46,712 nucleotides of DNA from Chiloscyllium plagiosum (lineage: Eukaryota): positions 9,650,985 to 9,697,696 of the forward strand of contig NC_057718.1 of NCBI RefSeq assembly GCF_004010195.1, given 5' to 3'. Within the stretch, counting starts at the first letter, position 1. Each line of letters begins with the position of its first letter. The position numbers were made by a program, and so were the translations under genes. Shown piece by piece: positions 43,290 through 46,712 of this stretch. Below the pieces are notes generated by a model that had not been told where the DNA came from, ran no database searches, and saw nothing but the letters and a program-made list of their open reading frames with translations.

Positions 43290-46200
43290 CATTATTAAAG
43301 GGGCAGAGATGGCAGTCAGTGGAGTGGTGTGGATCTCCTATCAGATGTAGGAGATCAGGGAGCAGTCAACTGTCCCGAGTGACTATGTCTGCAGGAAGTG
43401 TGCCTGGCTGTAGCTCCTCTTGGACTGCACAGAGTGGTTGGAGCAGAAAGTGGACACTAGCAAGCAAACAGGAGGCTGGGTGTGTGATAACAGCTTGAGG
43501 GAGGTGGCCACATCACAGAGGCAGTCAGGTAGATGGGTGACTGCCAGGAGAGGTAGGCAGGTAATGCAGGAGTCTCCTGTGGCTATGTCTCTCTCAAACA
43601 AGTATACTGTTTTGGATACAGCTGGGGGAGGGATAGCCTTTTGAAGAAAATTGCAGAAGCAGCAGCCAGGCCTTTGACACCACAGGTGGCTCTGCTGTAA
43701 AGCAGGGTGTGGCAAAGTCCAAGCGAGCAATTGTGATGGGAATTCTCTAGGGGCACAAACAGGCACTCCTGCCGCAAATGAAACTTCAGGATGGTATGTT
43801 GCCTCCCTGGTGCCAGGGTTAAGGATATCGTGGAGTGGTTGCGGTAAATTCTGAGGGCGAGTGAGCAGCCAGAGACCATTGTGCACATTGGTACCAACAA
43901 CGTCGGTATAAAAAGGGATGAGGTTCTGAAAGTGAACATAGAGTGTTAGGCAGGAGGTTAAAAAACTAGACCTCAAGGATTGTAGTCTCTGAACTACTCC
44001 CAGTACCACGTGCTAGTGAGAACAGGAATTGGAGAATAGGGCTGATGAATGCATGGACCCAAGAGATGGAACAGGAGTTCAGATTTTTTTGATCATTGGG
44101 ATCTTTTCTGGGGCTGAAGTGATCTGTACAAGAGGGATGTGTTGCACCTGACCTGGAGAGGGACCAATATCCTGGGGTGAAGATTTGCTAGAGCTATGCA
44201 GGGTTTGACCTGGTCTGGCAGGGAAGTGGGACACTGAGCAGTAGTGAATCAAAAGAAAGTTGAGGCAGGCTGCAGAAGTTAGAGAGTAAGTTAAATAGAT
44301 TCAACAGAGAAATGAGAAAAGACTGATTTGCATTGAAATAAATGCATTTTAATTAGAGGCTGGACAAGTAAGGCAGGTGCTCCCTTCCATGCTCTGAGTT
44401 CACGAGACTGGGATATCATAGTGATTACAGAAACACAGCTGAGGGTGGGACAGGACTGGCAGCCCAATGATGCTCCAGTAAGGAAAGAGGAAGGGGAGTG
44501 ATGAGGGAAAACATCATGGCATACTTCAGATATTCCTGGAGGGTCATCCAGTGAAGCTAACTGGGTGCAACTGAACAATATGGGGGTGATCACTTTGGGA
44601 TTGTACAATGGGCACCCCAAATAATTGGGTTGTAATATTAGATTAGATTCCCTACAATATGGAAACAGGCCCTTCGGCCCAACAAGTCCACCCAGACCCA
44701 TTCCCCTGTCCTATATTTACCCCTGACTAATGCACCTTAACGTTATGGACAATTTAGCATAGCCAATCCACCCTAACCTGCACATCTTTGGATTGTGAGA
44801 GGAAACAGGAACACCCGGAGGGGACCCGCAGACACTGGGAAAATGTGCAAACTCCACACAGGTAGTTGCCAGAGGTTGGAATCGAACCTAGGTCCCTGAT
44901 GCTGTGAGGCAGCAGTGCCAACCAAAGAGCCACCGTGCTCTCCACAGGGGGCACATCCCCATAGGGGATTTTAACTTTCCAAATATAAACTGGGACTGGC
45001 ACAGGGTTCAAGGCTTGGATGGGGATGAGTTTAAGTATGTTCAAGAAAACTTTCTTGATCTATATGTAGATGGCCGTACTGGAGAAGGGGCCAAACTTGG
45101 CCTCTTGGGAAACATGGCAGGGCAGGTGACTGAGGTATTAAATGGAGCAGCACTTTGGGACCAGTGACCATAATTCTATCGGTTTTAAAATCCTTGTGGT
45201 AAAGGATAGGCATGGTCCACAAGTTGAAGTTCTAAATTGGGCAGGCCAATTTTGATGGTATTCGACAGGAACTTGTGGACGTTCACAGGTAAAGGGATCC
45301 CTGTAAGTGAGAGGTTTTCAAAAGCAAGGTAATGACACTTTAAGGACAGCATGTTCCTGTTAGTATGAAGGGCAAGGCTGGAAGGAATAGGGAACACTGG
45401 ACAGCTAGTGATATTCATGCTCTGGTCAAGAAAAAGGAGAAGGCATATGTCTGGTATAGGCAGCTGGATCAAATGAATCTCTTCAGGAGTATACGGGCTG
45501 TAGGAATACACTTGAAAGGGGGGGGAAAGGGCAAAAAAGGTTCATGAGATAGCTTTGGCAGATAGTTATAGAATCCAAAGAGATTCTACAAGTACACTAA
45601 GGGTAAAATAGTTACTAAGGAGCAAATAGGGCCCCTTAAAGATCAATGACATCTGTCTGGAACCACGCGATGGGATACTAAACAAATATTTTGCATCAAT
45701 TTTTACTGTGGAGAAAGAAATGGAGGCTAGGGAACTTGGAAATTGAATAAATGAGTAGATCAAGTGTATCCCAGGACATTGTGGGAAGTTAGAGAAGAAA
45801 TTGTGGAGCCTCTAGCAGTGATGTTTGTATCATCTGCCACTGGTGAGGTGCCGGAGGACTGGAGGTTGGCTGATGTACCATCATTTAAGAGAGGCTGTTT
45901 TTAAAAAAATAAAAGCCAGGATGCTATAGACTGGTGAGTCTGATGTCAGTGGTGGGTAAGTTATTGGAGGGGTTTCTGAGAGGCAGGATCTACGTGCATT
46001 TGGAGAGGCAAGTACTGATTAGGCACAGTCAGCATAGTTTTGTGCGTGGGAAATACTGTCTCTCAAATTTGAGTTGTTTTGAAGAGGTGACCAAGAAGAT
46101 AGATGAATGTAGAGCGGTAGACATTGTCTGCATAGTCTTCAGCAAGGCCTTCAACAAGATTCGGTGCGATAGACAGGTTGGTAAGGTTAGATCACATGGG

Positions 46201-46290
46201 ATCCAGGGAGAGCTAGCCAATTGTATACAAACTTGGTTTGATGGTAAGAGACAAGGATTGTTGCTCAGACTGTAGGCCTATGACCATGGT
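43290..46290 (+). mobile_element. CR1-clade LINE (ORF1 + ORF2 to mid-RT), decayed, 3'-truncated, interrupted by a SINE
   Basis: DYVCRKC, VAMSLSNKYTVL, MVCCLPGARVKD, VHIGTNNV (ORF1); DFNFPNINW, SDHN, KYCLSNL..FEEVTK, FSKAFNKI (ORF2); collinear with 12235-14660. Confidence 0.9.
44637..44940 (-). mobile_element. HE1-type V-SINE nested in CR1 ORF2
   Basis: Same structure as 9125-9443 (GGTTCGATTCC B box, TGTGTGGAGTTTGCAC core, (AATCT)n tail). Confidence 0.9.
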
Positions 46291-46467
46291 CTGCTGTAAA
46301 AGTTGGGTCATTTTTACATTGCTATGCATGGTGAAATCTGTATTTTTTTAACAACTTAAAGATTTTAAGTCTCAAAAGTGCTTTGGGAGGTCATGCAGGC
46401 ATAATGGGCGCTATAGTAAATGAGTCTTTTTATTCAAGCATAGTAATTGCAAACTGACTGAGTTCCT

Positions 46468-46712
46468 AGTCGAGGTGGGAGGTGAGGTCGTGATCAAGGG
46501 GGCAGTAGGAGGAGGTGTCTGCGAGTTGGCACCTGGCTTCAGGGATGTAGAGGTCAGTGCGCCAGACTACTACTGCCCACCGAGGTAAAAACAATGACTG
46601 CAGATGCTGGAAACCAGATTCTGGATCAGTGGTGCTGGAAGAGCACAGCAATTCAGGCAGCATCCGTGGACAGGCAAAATCGATGTTTCGGGCAAAAACC
46701 CTTCATCAGGAA
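46468..46712 (-). mobile_element. Penelope-like element pieces: RT N-terminal fragment (46468-46582) abutting a terminal repeat (46583-end)
   Basis: AVVVWRTDLYIPEARCQLADTSSYCPLDHD resembles the DKG-adjacent Penelope RT segment; terminal repeat matches 5211-5325. Confidence 0.75.
46682..46709 (-). ncRNA. Minimal hammerhead ribozyme motif
   Basis: Reverse strand CTGATGA A GGGT TTTT GCCC GAAA CATC; core boxes and stem II intact, AUC triplet, stem III palindrome lost by a CpG-type change. Confidence 0.62.

Noticed and set aside
43383..44009. 208-aa minus-strand ORF
   Set aside because: Antisense to CR1 ORF1; no independent coding evidence.
41900..46712. Exons of a neighbouring convergent gene
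   Set aside because: The region is largely accounted for by SINE, CR1 and Penelope sequence; no non-repeat coding exon recognised.

Overview
Eukaryotic genomic DNA. The repeat content (HE1/V-SINEs, CR1 LINEs, Penelope-like elements) points to a cartilaginous fish, probably a carpet or bamboo shark (inference). The + strand carries 18 coding exons of REPS1 (RalBP1-associated Eps domain-containing protein 1), equivalent to human exons 3-20, from 5942 to the stop at 39615, followed by a ~2.1 kb 3'UTR. Exons 1-2 were not found and presumably lie upstream of the window. All splice junctions are GT-AG and phase-compatible (about 684 residues encoded in the window). This holds only if exon 4 uses an internal donor at 6885/6886, because the expected 3' part of that exon has in-frame stops and abuts a stack of insertions that includes an endogenous-retrovirus pol fragment. 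Introns and flank are full of decayed retroelements. The most notable non-coding signals are: (i) minimal hammerhead-ribozyme motifs (CTGANGA-stem II-GAAA-NUH) of two sequence families in Penelope-derived termini, several as short fold-back elements; (ii) a near-perfect 66-bp hairpin; (iii) a 62-bp LINE tail flanked by a perfect 65-bp duplication; (iv) a ~296-nt AG-free polypyrimidine zone before the last exon; (v) a symmetric 81-nt exon with a NAGNAG acceptor and RBFOX/QKI motifs. Comparisons with human REPS1 are from recall, not from a database search. Repeat boundaries are approximate unless a duplication defines them.
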